Shown here piece by piece: positions 29,749-41,258 of a stretch of 64,000 nucleotides of DNA. Each line of letters begins with the position of its first letter. Position 1 is the stretch's first letter. The DNA comes from Candidatus Marinacidobacterales bacterium (GTDB lineage Bacteria; Acidobacteriota; Vicinamibacteria; Marinacidobacterales; SMYC01), in assembly GCA_965224085.1 (NCBI GenBank), contig CBDCYI010000004.1:1696001-1760000 (forward strand), written 5' to 3'. The notes below the pieces were generated by a model, which was not told the origin of the DNA, made no database searches, and saw only the letters and a program-made list of their open reading frames with translations. A program made the position numbers and the translations under genes.

Positions 29749-32700
29749 ATGCACCGCGTTCGCTCACTGTTGAGCCCGCAGGACTGGCTCTACTCACTAA
29801 GGGCCTGTTACATATTAATATTTACAATACACTGTCATTGCTGCTATCCTCTGCTGGTTGCGAGACTATACGAGGATGGCAACAGATCGAAAGGTACCAG
29901 AGTCTGAGCGTCACTGGTTGAGGGTGCTGGGGACGTTGAACGAAGCGCAAGCGCGTGTTTTTGTGGCTCAACGGGCGCTTGAAGAAGGACGCGGCGGGGT
30001 CAGTCGGCTGTCACGACTTACGGGGATGTCGCGGCCGACCATCATGAAGGGCGTGGCGGAACTCAAAGCGAAAGCGCCGATAGTTGATGACGACAGCGCC
30101 CGAGTGCGCAAGCCTGGCGGGGGGAGAAAGCGGGTCGAGGAGTTAGACCCGAGAATCGAGCGGCAGCTGAAGAAGATCCTCGACGAAAGAACCGCCGGCG
30201 ACCCGATGAAGCATCTCAAATGGACGAACAAGTCCACGAGAGCGATGGCGGAGGAGCTTGAACGCAAAGGTCACGATGTCTCGCACGTGACAGTTGCTCG
30301 ACGCCTAGGAGAAATGGGTTACTCGCTGCAAGCTAACGTGAAGAGACTGGAAGGGGATCAGCACCCGGATCGGGACAAACAGTTTCGTTACATCAACAAG
30401 CAAGTAAGCAAGTTCATGCGAAGCAAGGATCCGGTCGTGAGCGTCGATACCAAGAAGAAGGAATTGATAGGAGCCTTTGAAAACAGGGGTAAAACGTGGA
30501 GGAAGAAGAAGGGCGGAGGTGAGCCGGTTCTTGTACACGACTTCCCCAGTATGGCTGAGGGCAAAGCAATTCCCTATGGGACTTACGATGTGTCCCGCGA
30601 CGAAGCGCTGGTCAACGTCGGCATTACTCACGAGACTGCGGAATTCGCGGTAGAAAGCATCCGGAGATGGTGGCGCATACTCGGAAAAAAGTCTTATCCG
30701 ATGGCGAAACGTCTGCTTGTTTGCGCGGACGCCGGTGGAAGCAACGGAAACCGGCTGCGAGGCTGGAAGCTCCACCTCCAAAAGCTATCGGACCAACTGA
30801 AGATTCCCATCACCGTATGCCACTATCCACCGGGAACCAGTAAATGGAACAAAATCGAACATCGACTATTCTCCTTTGTCAGCATGAACTGGAAAGGACG
30901 GCCTCTCGTGAGCTACGAGGCGGTCGTCAATCTTATCGGCAACACCAAGACCCGAACCGGCTTGAAGGTAAAGGCCATGCTGGACAAGAACTCCTACGAG
31001 ACAGGCCAGAAGGTCAGTAACGAAGAAATGCAGGAGCTTCGACTCAAAATCCACCCCTTCCACGGCAACTGGAATTACACTCTCCATCCCCGACGTGCTT
31101 GATTGAGGGTATTAATTCTTACCGAACTCGTATTTGTAAATATTATTATGTAACAGAACCTAAGCCTGCTCCTCCCAATCGGCCTCTATAACCTCGCCCT
31201 CAAATGGGAGCACATCGCGCACATCGGAGCATTGGGATGGCTATCCACCCTGAACTTGATCCGCTCCAATCTCCTCTTCAGTCTGGGGTTTGGCGTTGTC
31301 TGGGTGGGTATTCTAGCACTGAGCCGCGGCGGATGGGCTCGGCGGGTTATCGTCGCGTTGATGCATGCCACCTCGCTCGTGTACGCGGTGGTCGTCACCG
31401 CCGCTCATCACGTTTTCGCAGTCACCGGATCGTCGCTCGATTACAGTCTCATCGAGCTCGCCATCACCAGCTTCAACGAGCTGAGGCCGGTGATGGCAAG
31501 CGAAGTATTTCTCTTGAGTTTCGCGGTCGTCTGCGCCTACTCCCTTTTCGGTCCGGCGCTTTCGACCTTAGCGGCAATCCGTTTTCACTTAATTCCGGAG
31601 ACTCCGCGTGTTTCAGATCCAAGCCGCCGGCCAGCCCTCTATGCATTGCCCGCAGCAGGGGTCCTCCTGCTTCTGGCATCGGTTCCAGTGTCGGGCCCGC
31701 TCGGCAAGTCCTTCGCTCGAGATCCTCTCTTGCACGTCCTCATAACAGCCGTCGACCAGCCCGCAGCCGACTCCGCTGATCGACTCGGGGCCTCTTTCGG
31801 CGCTGTCGGTGCCAGACTCATCCGGAAATCATCTGGCGGGCCGATGAACATCGCGCTGATCGTCCTCGAGTCGACCGGGGCATCGTCCGTCACTCCGTAC
31901 AACAAGGGTATTGCCACCACGCCCTATCTGGACGAGCTCGCGGAAAAGAGCCTTTTGGTCGAGCGAACCTACTCGACTGTACCCCACACCTCGAAGGCTC
32001 TGGTCTCGATCGTCTGCGGGATCGAGCCCCGACCCATTCGGCCCATCACCGAGTTCCTGTCCGGACTGATACCTGCGACCTGCCTGCCGGAGCTCTTGCG
32101 TCAGCAAGGCTACCGCACCGTCTTCTTTCAGTCGGCGACTGAATTCTTCCAGAATCGTCGTCGACTGGTGGCCAACTTCGGTTACGAGGACTTCTACCCT
32201 GGCGAGTCGATGGACAGCCGTGGTTTCGAGCGGGCCAATTACTTCGGTTTCGAAGATGACGTCATGCTCGAGCCCAGCAGAAAGTGGCTGGAAAAGAACG
32301 GGAATCATCCTTTTCTCGCTACCTATCTGACCATCACCCCCCATCACCAGTATTTGGCCCCCAGGCGATACGGGAGGGTTCGCTTTGTCCAGCGGGAAGA
32401 GCACAACCTCTACCTCAACGCCGTTCGTTATCTAGACTTCTTCGTCAGGAATCTCATCGAGCAGTACCAGCAACTCGGTCTATACGATGAGACCATCTTT
32501 GTGATTGTGGGTGACCATGGCGAGGCCTTTGGAGAGCATCGCAGGTCCAAGCACAACAACATCCTCTACGAGGAGGTCATGAGGGTCCCTCTCCTCATCC
32601 ATTCTCCCGCGATCGTTTCTGCCGGAGAGCGCGTAGCTGGCCCTGCCAGCCTTCTGGACATCCTTCCTACCGCGGTCGATCTGCTAGGCTTCGAGATCGC

Positions 32701-33313
32701 GAAAGGCTCCTATCCGGGAAGCTCCATCTTCTCGCTCTCTCGGGATCGGCCGCTTTATTTCAGCTGCTTTCGTGAACGTAAGTGCCTTGGAAGCCTGAGT
32801 GGTTGGCTCAAGTTCATTTATTACTATGACGATCAGCCGGATCAGCTCTTTGACCTCTTGGCCGATCCTCTGGAAAGGGAGAACCTGGCGGCCGCGGCGA
32901 CCGAAGACGTTTCCTCCCGCCGCACGGAGCTTCAAGAGTGGCGTACAAATCTCGATGCGACCTACAGGCAGCACCACCGCGATCAAATCGAGCCCTATCT
33001 GTTCGATTCCAGACCGCCCATTCAGCACGAAGTAGAGGCGGTCTTCGCTCAGCGCCTGGCCCTAGTGGGCTACGACTTGTCTGAGACGAAGCTGAAGCCT
33101 GGCCAGTCGTTCCGCATCACTTACTACTTCGAGGTTCGCCAGCGCATTCCGCGCAAATGGAGGATCGTGGTGGAAGCGTTGGGAGACAAAGGAAAGCCGG
33201 GCCAGGACAACCAGGCGGAACGGGTGAGGCTCGAACACCATCCCCTGGATGGTCTCTATTTATCGCTCGAAGCCGATGAACATGTGTTCGCCGAGGCTTT
33301 GGTGCACGAATAG
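29749..33313 (+). pseudogene. LTA-synthase/sulfatase-family membrane protein, interrupted by ISAzo13 after codon 17; C-terminus probably also truncated (~33270)
   Basis: Removing the IS joins MHRVRSLLSPQDWLYSL to SLLLPIGLYN..LGWLSTL in frame; TM region, then LESTG, HTSKAL, GDHGE, RVPLLIH. Confidence 0.85.
29801..31160 (+). mobile_element. ISAzo13-family element copy 1 (1360 bp), TAA target duplication
   Basis: GGGRK, HPDRDKQF, SVDTKKKE, GKAIPYG, DAGGSN, PPGTSKWNKIEHRLF; imperfect IRs around CTGTTACATA; TAA on both sides. Confidence 0.95.
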
Positions 33314-33329
33314 GTCTTGACTCCGGCAA

Positions 33330-34180
33330 CCGCTTCGTCTGAGCTTCTCGATACATCGGATCGGCTCCTGAATGGCAGCGCCAAGCGCTACGTCCGCGAG
33401 GGGGAGTTAGACGGACTAGGAGGGTCTCGAGTTGCGTTTTCGGAGATGATCCAAGATCTGCCGGATCACGCTGGCTCGGTGATGAACGACACGATGCGCA
33501 TTTTGCCGCCGCAGTTTTTGCAAATCAACGGGTCGGTTTGAATACACGGCGGATCAAATTGGCCCATCGTCGGCGAAGAGTTTTACGCTGGGTGGCGTTG
33601 AGCTCGTTGTCGTCGGCTGTGGGTCGTTTCTTTCGGGCATTTTTACTTATTCGTAGGGCGTAGTTGCTCTTCTTGTCGTAATGGAGTCTTTGAAGGGAGA
33701 TGGGGCAGCGGACGATATAGCGAGAAATGGTTGCAAGGGCTTGGGTATCGGAGGGATAAAGGTAGAGATCATTATCGATGCTAAAGTGCTCCGGCGCCAT
33801 GAACGAAGAATTTTGATACGTTCGTCAGAGAGAAGGTCGTGTTCTTGTAGAAGTCGAAAGACTTTCTCCCGAAGCAGAAATTCCGCGGCGTGTGTGTCGA
33901 TGTAGGGAACGGGAATCCACTGTCCGCCGGCAAGCCAGACGCCTCTGGAAACGACGGAGTGCAGATGTGGGATTCCAAGCCAAGTTGTCAGAGAATGTCT
34001 GTATGGACGCGACCATGCCGATGCGGACGTTCTGGTCATCGACAGCGGCGGCCATGAGCTCGTAGCCGGCGCGGGCGAGCTCGGTGAGGAGCTCAGGGCG
34101 GAGAGGAAGTAAGGGCGGAGCATTTTGGGAATGGAAAGGTCCACAATCAATGGCCGACGTTTTCCAAAAGCTCGTCCTTG
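33330..34180 (-). mobile_element. IS91-family rolling-circle transposase remnant, multiply frameshifted
   Basis: SIPKMLRPYF, SIQTF, PHLH (HUH), RYIVRCPIS, RWANLIRRVF spread over several frames. Confidence 0.75.
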
Positions 34181-34458
34181 AGAAGGGCGGCATCCGCCTC
34201 CGTCAAGAATTCGGCGGGATCTTGCCGAAGCCGCCCGCGCAATACGAGTGGCGGCGAAGGCAGGAAGGCGGCCGCCCGCTTCGCACCACATGACGGGCAG
34301 ATGCCTCTCTGTTTGCAGCTGAGAGTGAGTAATTTCTCTAAACCGCATGTATCGCATCTGAGTCTTGCGAAATTCTCTGCTGCATGAATCGAGGCTCGGG
34401 TTAGAATGCCGGTCTGTCAGCTCGTGCGCGTGACGAGAAATCGCGCCTCAATGGAACC

Positions 34459-36183
34459 ATGAACTGGAACATAGAGACCGTGTCGAGCACCGCGCCCCAG
34501 GGTGACAAAAGAGGGTCCGCGCTCGCGGCCGTCGGATTCTTCGTGGCCGTTTCCGTGTGGCTCACGTGGCCACTCGCTCCACGGTTCAGCTCAGGGCTGA
34601 GCTCGAGCCCCGATTCGCTCCTCAACGCGTGGGCACTCGCCTGGAATTTTCACATCCTGCTGCGCGATCCATTCTCTCTGTTCGACGCGAATATCTTCGC
34701 GCCTCGCCCCGACACGCTCGCCTATTCCGAGCATATGATGGGCATCACCGTGCTCGTAGGGCCGGTCTTTTGGGCAACGAACAACCTCGTCCTCGCCTAC
34801 AACGTCGCCTTTTTCGGCTCCTTCGTCCTATCGGGCCTCGGGATGTTCCTGCTCACTCGCGAGCTGACCAACAACGGCTGGGCGGCATTGGTGGCGGGAA
34901 CGATCTTCCTCGCGGCGCCCTATCGCTTTCAGCACGTAGTTCAGCTCCAATTGCTCACCTACCAATGGTTTCCGTTCGTCTTTTGGTGTCTTTATCGATT
35001 TCTGCGGGGAGGCGGATTGGGCTGGCTCGGAGGAGTCGTCATTTTCTCGCTACTCCAGATCCTGTCGTGCAACTACTACGCAATGTACCTGGTGATCGCG
35101 GTGCTTCTATTCGGCGTTCTGCTTTGCGTCGAAACCGCCAGGGCCTCTTCAACTCCGCAGTCAACTCGGTCGCTGTCGGATGCGCGTCTCACGAAAAGCA
35201 CGGCTATGCAACTCGTTCTCGGAGCCATCTGCGTCGGCGTCGTGGCTTTGCCATTCTTTATTCCGTACGAGCGAAACCGCGATCGTGGCTTCTATCGGCG
35301 CTACGAGGATACGGTGCATTACTCGGCGACGCCCTCCGAGTACCTGACACCGAGCGCATTCAACGACGCTCCCCACATTCGGTGGCTTCCTCGCGGTCGG
35401 AAAGCTCTGTTTCCTGGCTTCGTCGCCGTTTTGCTCGCCGCCGCGGGTGCGGTCGCGGGCGCCCGTGAGCGCCGTCTTTTCTGGCAGTTTGGCGTTGCTC
35501 TCCTGTTGGTCGGATTCGTACTCTCACTCGGTCCGGAAACAAGAGCTCTAGGGGTACGTATTCCACTGCCGTATCGTTTATTCCAACTCCACTTCCCCGG
35601 CTTCAACGGCATGCGCGTTCCCGCACGGATCGCGACCCTGGCGCTCGTGGGGGGCAGTATACTTGCCGCCTTCGCCGCAAGGGCTCTACTCGACCACGCT
35701 GGTCGCTTTCGCAACGCCGCGGGCGTCGGACTCGTCGCGCTTCTGTTGTTCGAATACCAAACGAGCTCGCTGGATCGCGTCGTACCGGAGGCGCTCCCGA
35801 TACCTGCGGCTCACCGATGGCTCGCCACGGCAAAATATCCCGGCGCGGTGCTCGTGCTTCCAATTCATGAAGGAGAGGAGATCGTTCGCGAAGCGAGCTA
35901 CATGTACTATTCGACGTCCCACTTCAAGCCACTGGTAAACGGCTATAGCGGCTGGTGGCCGAACGATTATTGGGAGCTCGTCGGACGGCTGCGTCACTTC
36001 CCAACCTCCCGAATCTTGCGCTTTCTCCTCGAGCGTGCGCCGGTGCGCTACGTCGTGATCCACTACTCGGAGATCCCCGAGCCGCGTCGGCGGCAGCTCG
36101 AATCGGCGATGGAGCGGTATCGCGAGCGGATCCCGGAGCGTTTTCGTGATGGCGAGGTCGTTGTGTACGAGATCGTCTCATGA
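34459..36183 (+). CDS. Polytopic GT-C-like membrane protein (putative glycosyltransferase)
   Basis: D..LNAWALAW, FDANIFAP..TLAYSEH, RVPAR, LVNGYSG; more than 10 TM segments. Confidence 0.75.
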   Translation: MNWNIETVSSTAPQGDKRGSALAAVGFFVAVSVWLTWPLAPRFSSGLSSSPDSLLNAWALAWNFHILLRDPFSLFDANIFAPRPDTLAYSEHMMGITVLVGPVFWATNNLVLAYNVAFFGSFVLSGLGMFLLTRELTNNGWAALVAGTIFLAAPYRFQHVVQLQLLTYQWFPFVFWCLYRFLRGGGLGWLGGVVIFSLLQILSCNYYAMYLVIAVLLFGVLLCVETARASSTPQSTRSLSDARLTKSTAMQLVLGAICVGVVALPFFIPYERNRDRGFYRRYEDTVHYSATPSEYLTPSAFNDAPHIRWLPRGRKALFPGFVAVLLAAAGAVAGARERRLFWQFGVALLLVGFVLSLGPETRALGVRIPLPYRLFQLHFPGFNGMRVPARIATLALVGGSILAAFAARALLDHAGRFRNAAGVGLVALLLFEYQTSSLDRVVPEALPIPAAHRWLATAKYPGAVLVLPIHEGEEIVREASYMYYSTSHFKPLVNGYSGWWPNDYWELVGRLRHFPTSRILRFLLERAPVRYVVIHYSEIPEPRRRQLESAMERYRERIPERFRDGEVVVYEIVS

Positions 36184-36452
36184 GGAGCCTCCAGCTCGTA
36201 GGGAGTTTTCTGGTGACCCGAGCCGAACTACTGACGCTCGTGCTCGCCGTGCTCGCGCTGCCGGTGCGCGTCGCAGTCTCGGCCGGAATGTCCGCAGACG
36301 TGCTGCGCTTCTACTGTCTCTTTGTCGCGTTGGTCGCGGCCGTGGTGACGATCCTTCCCGTGAAGAAGGCGTGGCTGGACGGCCCGCGCCTTTGTCTCCT
36401 GCTCGCAGCGCTTTGGTCGGTGCCGTCCATCCACGACCGTGTCGGTGGATGA
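36180..36452 (+). pseudogene. N-terminus of a second membrane protein (possibly GT-C), truncated at a junction
   Basis: ATGA-coupled to the previous gene; 3 TM segments then an abrupt stop at ..HDRVGG*. Confidence 0.55.
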
Positions 36453-38289
36453 GAGAGGTCTCCCACACTTTCCACTCGCCAGCGCGCTGCTCCTTGCTGA
36501 TTTTCCCGAGCTCGTCGTTATTGAGAAGCACGTGGGTGATGTTCATGTCGTATTTCACGGCCGTTGTGAGCTCGGCCATGTATTGGCCGAAACCTCCGTC
36601 GCCCCCGATCGAGACCACGGGTCGGCCGTGAAACGGTGAGCCGTCTTCCTGCGTCGCTGCCCACGCACCCATCGCCGCGGGTAGCGCGAAGCCGATCGAG
36701 CCCAGATAGCCGGACATGAGCACGGCTTGGTTCTGGCACTCGAAATAGCGGCCGAAGCTATAAGTATGGTTGCCGACGTCGACCGCAATGATGGCGTCAT
36801 CGGGTACGTGTCGGTTCAAGGCGGCGAATACAGCCGCCGATCCCAAACCCACGTCCGAAATGTCGGCTTCGCGACACTTTTTCTCTTCCCGCCAAATCGC
36901 CCAACGCTCGGCGATCTCGTTCCGACGATCGATGAAGCCGGTTTCACCTCCGAGTTCGTCCCGCAAAATCGACGCCGTCACAGAAATCTCGCCCCAAACG
37001 GGAACCTCCACGCTGTGGAACTTTCCGAGCATCATCGGATCGAGATCGACTTGGATCGTCGGCTTCTTCGGGGTGATGCCGGTATGATTGCTGAAGCTCG
37101 CTCCGAAAACGACGAGCACGTCCGACTCGTTCATGAACCAGCTCGCGATGGGCGTCCCGCTGCGGCCGAGGACGCCGCAGCCGAGCGGATGGGCGTCGGC
37201 GATCAAACCTTTGCCTTTGAAGGTCGTCAATACCGGGGCGTTCATGGTCTCGGCGAGCTCGCGCACAGGCTCCATCTGAAATCGCGCTCCGTGGCCGACG
37301 ATGATCACGGGACGCTTCGAGCCGCGGAGAAGCCCGAGGGCCCTGTCGAGCGATTCTCGAGGCGGCGTGATCTCGCGAGCGGTCACGCGGCCTTCCGGGC
37401 CGCCCGCTTTGGCGCCATCCGGCACTGGCTGAACCTGGACTTCGTCCGGAAAGATGAGATGCGAGACGCCGCGGTTCAATAGCGCGCTTTTGAGGGCGAG
37501 GTTTACGAGCTCCGTGTGGCGGCTACCGTGCAGCACGGGCTGGCTCCATTGAGCGACCTTGCCAAACGCCGCTTGAAGGTCGACTTCTTGGAACGCACCA
37601 GGGCCAAGCACTTGCGTGTCGACTTGGCCTGTCAGTGCGAGCGCGGGCGCCCGGTCTACGTTGGCGTCCCAAAGCCCCGTGAGCATGTTGGTGGCGCCGG
37701 GCCCGGCGATCGCAAAACACGCCGCGGGTCTTCCCGTCAGCTTGCCGTAGGCCGAGGCGGCGAACGACGCGGCGCCTTCGTGGCGCACGCCGAAATAGCG
37801 AAGCCCTCCGGCTTCTTCCTGGCGCCGAATGGCTTCGGCGAGCCCGAGGTTCGAATGGCCGACGATACCGAACACTGCGCGCACGCCCCAGCGCGTCATC
37901 GTTTCCGTCATCAAGTCCGACACAGTGCGCGTTACGGCGACTGGCTCTTCGAAAGCGACATAGATGCCGTCTTCGCGATTTTCTACGGAATAAACGGCGA
38001 TGCCGTCGTCATAGGCTCCGGGCGGCTTGCCGGTAAGGGGATGAAAGTCCCAGCCGTGCCACGGACAGCGGAGAAAACCCTTCTCGATCGAGCCTTCTCC
38101 GAGAGGTCCTTTTTGGTGGGAACACTCGTTGTCGAGCGCCGCGTATTCGCCCTCGTAATGCGTCATGCAAACGGTGGCCAGCCCGCAGGTCACGGCCTTC
38201 ACGCGTCCTTCGGGAAGCTCGTCCGGCTCGAGCGCTTTGTACCAAACTCTTTTGGCCTCGGTCACCGCCTTTCCTTCATGAGAGGTCAT
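36452..38289 (-). CDS. Rieske-fused TPP-dependent pyruvate-oxidase/acetolactate-synthase-like enzyme; C-terminus truncated after WETSL
   Basis: CSH..CPWHGW Rieske motif; RHEGAA, GPG.TN, GDGG..NN TPP motif; ATG 38289 overlaps the upstream stop. Confidence 0.88.
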
Positions 38290-39926
38290 GGTGCTTCGAC
38301 TCCTGCGTAACGAATGCCGGTGAGCTTGGCGATGTCGGGTTTCCACGTCGTGAGATCGCGGAGCTCGAAATCGCGCAGATGCGAGTGGCCGCATGCTCGC
38401 GCGAGGATTTGCATGAGCGTGACACTCGCCGTGAAGTAATTCGCGAGCCGTTTGGCCGATTGGTCGATCAGGAGCCGCGCGCGCAAAGTTTCCTTTTGGG
38501 TCGCGATCCCGACGGGGCAGTTATTGGTGTGACAGGCGCGCATCCCGAGGCAGCCTATCGCCTGAAGCGCCGCGTTCGATAGCGCGATACCGTCGGCACC
38601 GAGGGCCATGGCTTTGACAAAATCCGCGTCGGTTCGAAGGCCACCGGTGGCGATGAGCGTCACGTGGTTCGCTCCGCGCTGGTCGAGATGCCGCCTGGCG
38701 CGGGCGACCGCGACGACGGTGGGCACGGAGATATTCTCCTTGAAGATAGTGGGCGCGGCGCCGGTAGCCCCGCCGCGTCCATCGAGAATGATGTAATCCG
38801 CGCTGGCCTCGAGAGCGAAGTCGATGTCGTCCTCGATGTGTTGCGCCGAAATTTTGAAGCCTATGGGGATACCGCCCGTGGCGTCACGGACCTCCCCGGC
38901 CGCTTCGCGAAAATCCGCGACCGTGCCGAGATCGGGAAAACGGGACGGGCTGATGGCGGGCTCTCCTGGCTTCAGCCCGCGCACGGAGGCGATTTTCTCG
39001 GAGACTTTCTTACCCGGCAGGTGTCCGCCGGTTCCCGTCTTCGCACCTTGGCCGCCTTTGAAATGAAACGCTTGGCACTTTTTGACTTTCTCGAGGCTGT
39101 AGCCGAATCTTGCTGAGGCGAGCTCATAGAAATAGCGGCTTGCAGCTTCTTGCTCGTCGGGAAGCATCCCGCCTTCGCCCGAGCAGATACCCGTCCCCGC
39201 CATCTCCGCGCCCGTCGCGAGCGCGACTTTGGCTTCTTGACTCAGGGCTCCGAAGCTCATGTCGCTCACGAAGAGCGGGATGTCCAGGACGAGGGGCTTT
39301 TGGGCTTTGGGCCCGATGACGAGCTCGGTGCCGATGGGAGCGTCGTCGAGAAGCGGCAAGCGCGCGAGCTGTGCCGTCAGGATTTGGATGTCGTCCCAGC
39401 TGGGGAGGGTGTCGAGGCGAACGCCCATGGCGGTGACCGCTCCGTGATGCCCCGTTTTCGACAGGCCGTCGCGGGCGAGCGACTGGATATAAGCATTCTT
39501 CGGCTCCTCAGGCCCGCCATGCATGTCCTGATAGAGCCCGAGATATTCATCGCGTTTGAAATATTGTGGATGGACGGACTCGAATGCCGCGATTTCCGCA
39601 GCGTCCACGAGCACCACGTCCGCGTCGCGGTCGATGAACGTGCTGAACTTCTCAAGGCGCTCCGCGTTGTTGTACTCGCTCACGCCCGTGTCGTAACGGT
39701 AGTCCCAACCGTGGATGCCACAGATCAGGTTGTACCCATCGATGTGGCCGTCGGCCATGATCGCGTCGCGGTGCTGGCAACGGCCATACAAAACCGAAAC
39801 CTCGTCATCAAATCGAATCACCACCAGATCGACGCTCCCGACAAGTGCATAGGCGGGTTCGCGATCCTCGAGCTCGCTAAAGCGCGCGACTTTGGTGTCG
39901 TGTCCCGTTCTCGGCAAAGTGCTCAA
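38286..39926 (-). CDS. Rieske-fused FMN-binding glutamate-synthase-family protein
   Basis: CQH..CGIHGW Rieske motif; MSFGALS, GEGG, GQGAKTGTGGHLP, CxxxxxCxxxxCPVG [3Fe-4S]; AGGAGG before TTG 39926. Confidence 0.9.
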   Translation of the reverse strand: MSTLPRTGHDTKVARFSELEDREPAYALVGSVDLVVIRFDDEVSVLYGRCQHRDAIMADGHIDGYNLICGIHGWDYRYDTGVSEYNNAERLEKFSTFIDRDADVVLVDAAEIAAFESVHPQYFKRDEYLGLYQDMHGGPEEPKNAYIQSLARDGLSKTGHHGAVTAMGVRLDTLPSWDDIQILTAQLARLPLLDDAPIGTELVIGPKAQKPLVLDIPLFVSDMSFGALSQEAKVALATGAEMAGTGICSGEGGMLPDEQEAASRYFYELASARFGYSLEKVKKCQAFHFKGGQGAKTGTGGHLPGKKVSEKIASVRGLKPGEPAISPSRFPDLGTVADFREAAGEVRDATGGIPIGFKISAQHIEDDIDFALEASADYIILDGRGGATGAAPTIFKENISVPTVVAVARARRHLDQRGANHVTLIATGGLRTDADFVKAMALGADGIALSNAALQAIGCLGMRACHTNNCPVGIATQKETLRARLLIDQSAKRLANYFTASVTLMQILARACGHSHLRDFELRDLTTWKPDIAKLTGIRYAGVEAP

Positions 39927-40074
39927 TGAAGTCCTCCTGCATGTCACGGATAGAAAAGGCTCTCATGAGCCGAATCGCCCGTGGATTAGCCCGTTTAAAT
40001 GCTTGACTGTCCGCGCTTTGCGTTCTGGCGGCCTTTTCTGCGGCGCGGGCGTCGATTGCGATAGAATAGGATCC

Positions 40075-40383
40075 ATGAAATTGTCGGTGTCCCAGCGCGT
40101 TGTTCACGAAAAGTACGGCCTAGGGGTCATCTCCGAAGCCGATTCTCAATATACGGTGATCGAGTTTGATGAGCACGGCGGCAAAAAATTTCTGACCCGT
40201 CTCGTTTCGTTGCAGTCGAGCGACGAGCCGCCTCCGAAGCGACGGCGAGCGCGGAAGACGACCACGAAGGCCGGGACCACCACCAAGAAGAAGACCACCA
40301 AGAAGACGGCGGCTAAAAAGACGACCAAGAAGACGACCACCAAAGCTTCCAAAGCGACGAAGAAAACCACGAAGAAGGCTTGA
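40075..40383 (+). CDS. Small SH3/Tudor-like domain with a Lys/Thr-rich histone-H1-like tail
   Basis: VVHEKYGLGVI..IEFDEHGGKKF followed by KKTT repeats. Confidence 0.8.
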   Translation: MKLSVSQRVVHEKYGLGVISEADSQYTVIEFDEHGGKKFLTRLVSLQSSDEPPPKRRRARKTTTKAGTTTKKKTTKKTAAKKTTKKTTTKASKATKKTTKKA

Positions 40384-40411
40384 GCCCCCGAGAGGGGTGG
40401 TCCGCGACGGC

Positions 40412-41182
40412 CTAGCGCCGCGTGCCAGCTGCGATCTCGGACATCACGTAGGATCCACTCTTCTCGTCCTTCGCGATCTTGAAAAGCCCGAGCCGCGCGC
40501 CATCCTCGACGAGCTCGCTGAAGTTCGAATAACCGTAAGTCGCTTCGTTGAACGACGGCTCCTTCCTCTTCGCCGTTTGTTTGACCATCGAGCTCCACAG
40601 AATTTGCTTGTCTTCACGCCGCAAAGCCTCCATGGCGTCGAGGAGCATCGCGAAAGGCTTCTGTTTCTTTTTCGGGAGGCTCGCGAGGCCTCTAGAGACT
40701 CGCTGCGACTTGGACCTGTCAATGAGATCGTCGTAGAAAATGAACTCGTCACACGCGGCCGCGAGCAAGTCCGATGTCGATTTCCGGAGTCCGAGGCCGA
40801 TCACCGTCTTGTCGTTCTCCTTGAGTTTGGAGACGAGCGGCGCGAAGTCGCTATCGCCTGAGACGAGCACGAAATAGTTGATGTGGTCCTTCGAATAGCA
40901 AAGATCCATGGCGTCGACGACCATCTTGATGTCGGCGCTGTTCTTTCCCGTATAGCGCCGTTGCGGGATGTCGATAAGCTCGATTCCGGCTTCGTGGAGC
41001 GGCTTTTTGTACTTCTTGTAGACGCCCCAGTCCGCGTAGGCTTTCTTGACGACGATCTTGCCTTTCTCGACGATCCGCGCCAAAACGCGGCCTATTTCGA
41101 ACTGATCGAACTTGGTTTCCGTAGCCCCTAGCGCAACGTTTTCGAGATCGATGAACAGGGCGAGCTTCGGCTCTGCGGCCAT
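40412..41182 (-). CDS. NYN (LabA/DUF88) domain protein with a C-terminal LOTUS/OST-HTH
   Basis: FIDLEN, GKNSADI, SGDSDF, FNEATYGYSNFSEL. Confidence 0.92.
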   Translation of the reverse strand: MAAEPKLALFIDLENVALGATETKFDQFEIGRVLARIVEKGKIVVKKAYADWGVYKKYKKPLHEAGIELIDIPQRRYTGKNSADIKMVVDAMDLCYSKDHINYFVLVSGDSDFAPLVSKLKENDKTVIGLGLRKSTSDLLAAACDEFIFYDDLIDRSKSQRVSRGLASLPKKKQKPFAMLLDAMEALRREDKQILWSSMVKQTAKRKEPSFNEATYGYSNFSELVEDGARLGLFKIAKDEKSGSYVMSEIAAGTRR

Positions 41183-41258
41183 AGGTGCACTTTAGCAGGA
41201 ATCAGCGTTTGACATCCAATATTCGCACGAGGTGGATGGAGACTAACGCGAGCCCTTA

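Noticed and set aside
40255-40380. AAGAAGACCACC-like repeats as a CRISPR array or VNTR
   Set aside because: They encode the KKTT protein tail. No repeat-spacer array or cas gene was seen anywhere in the window.
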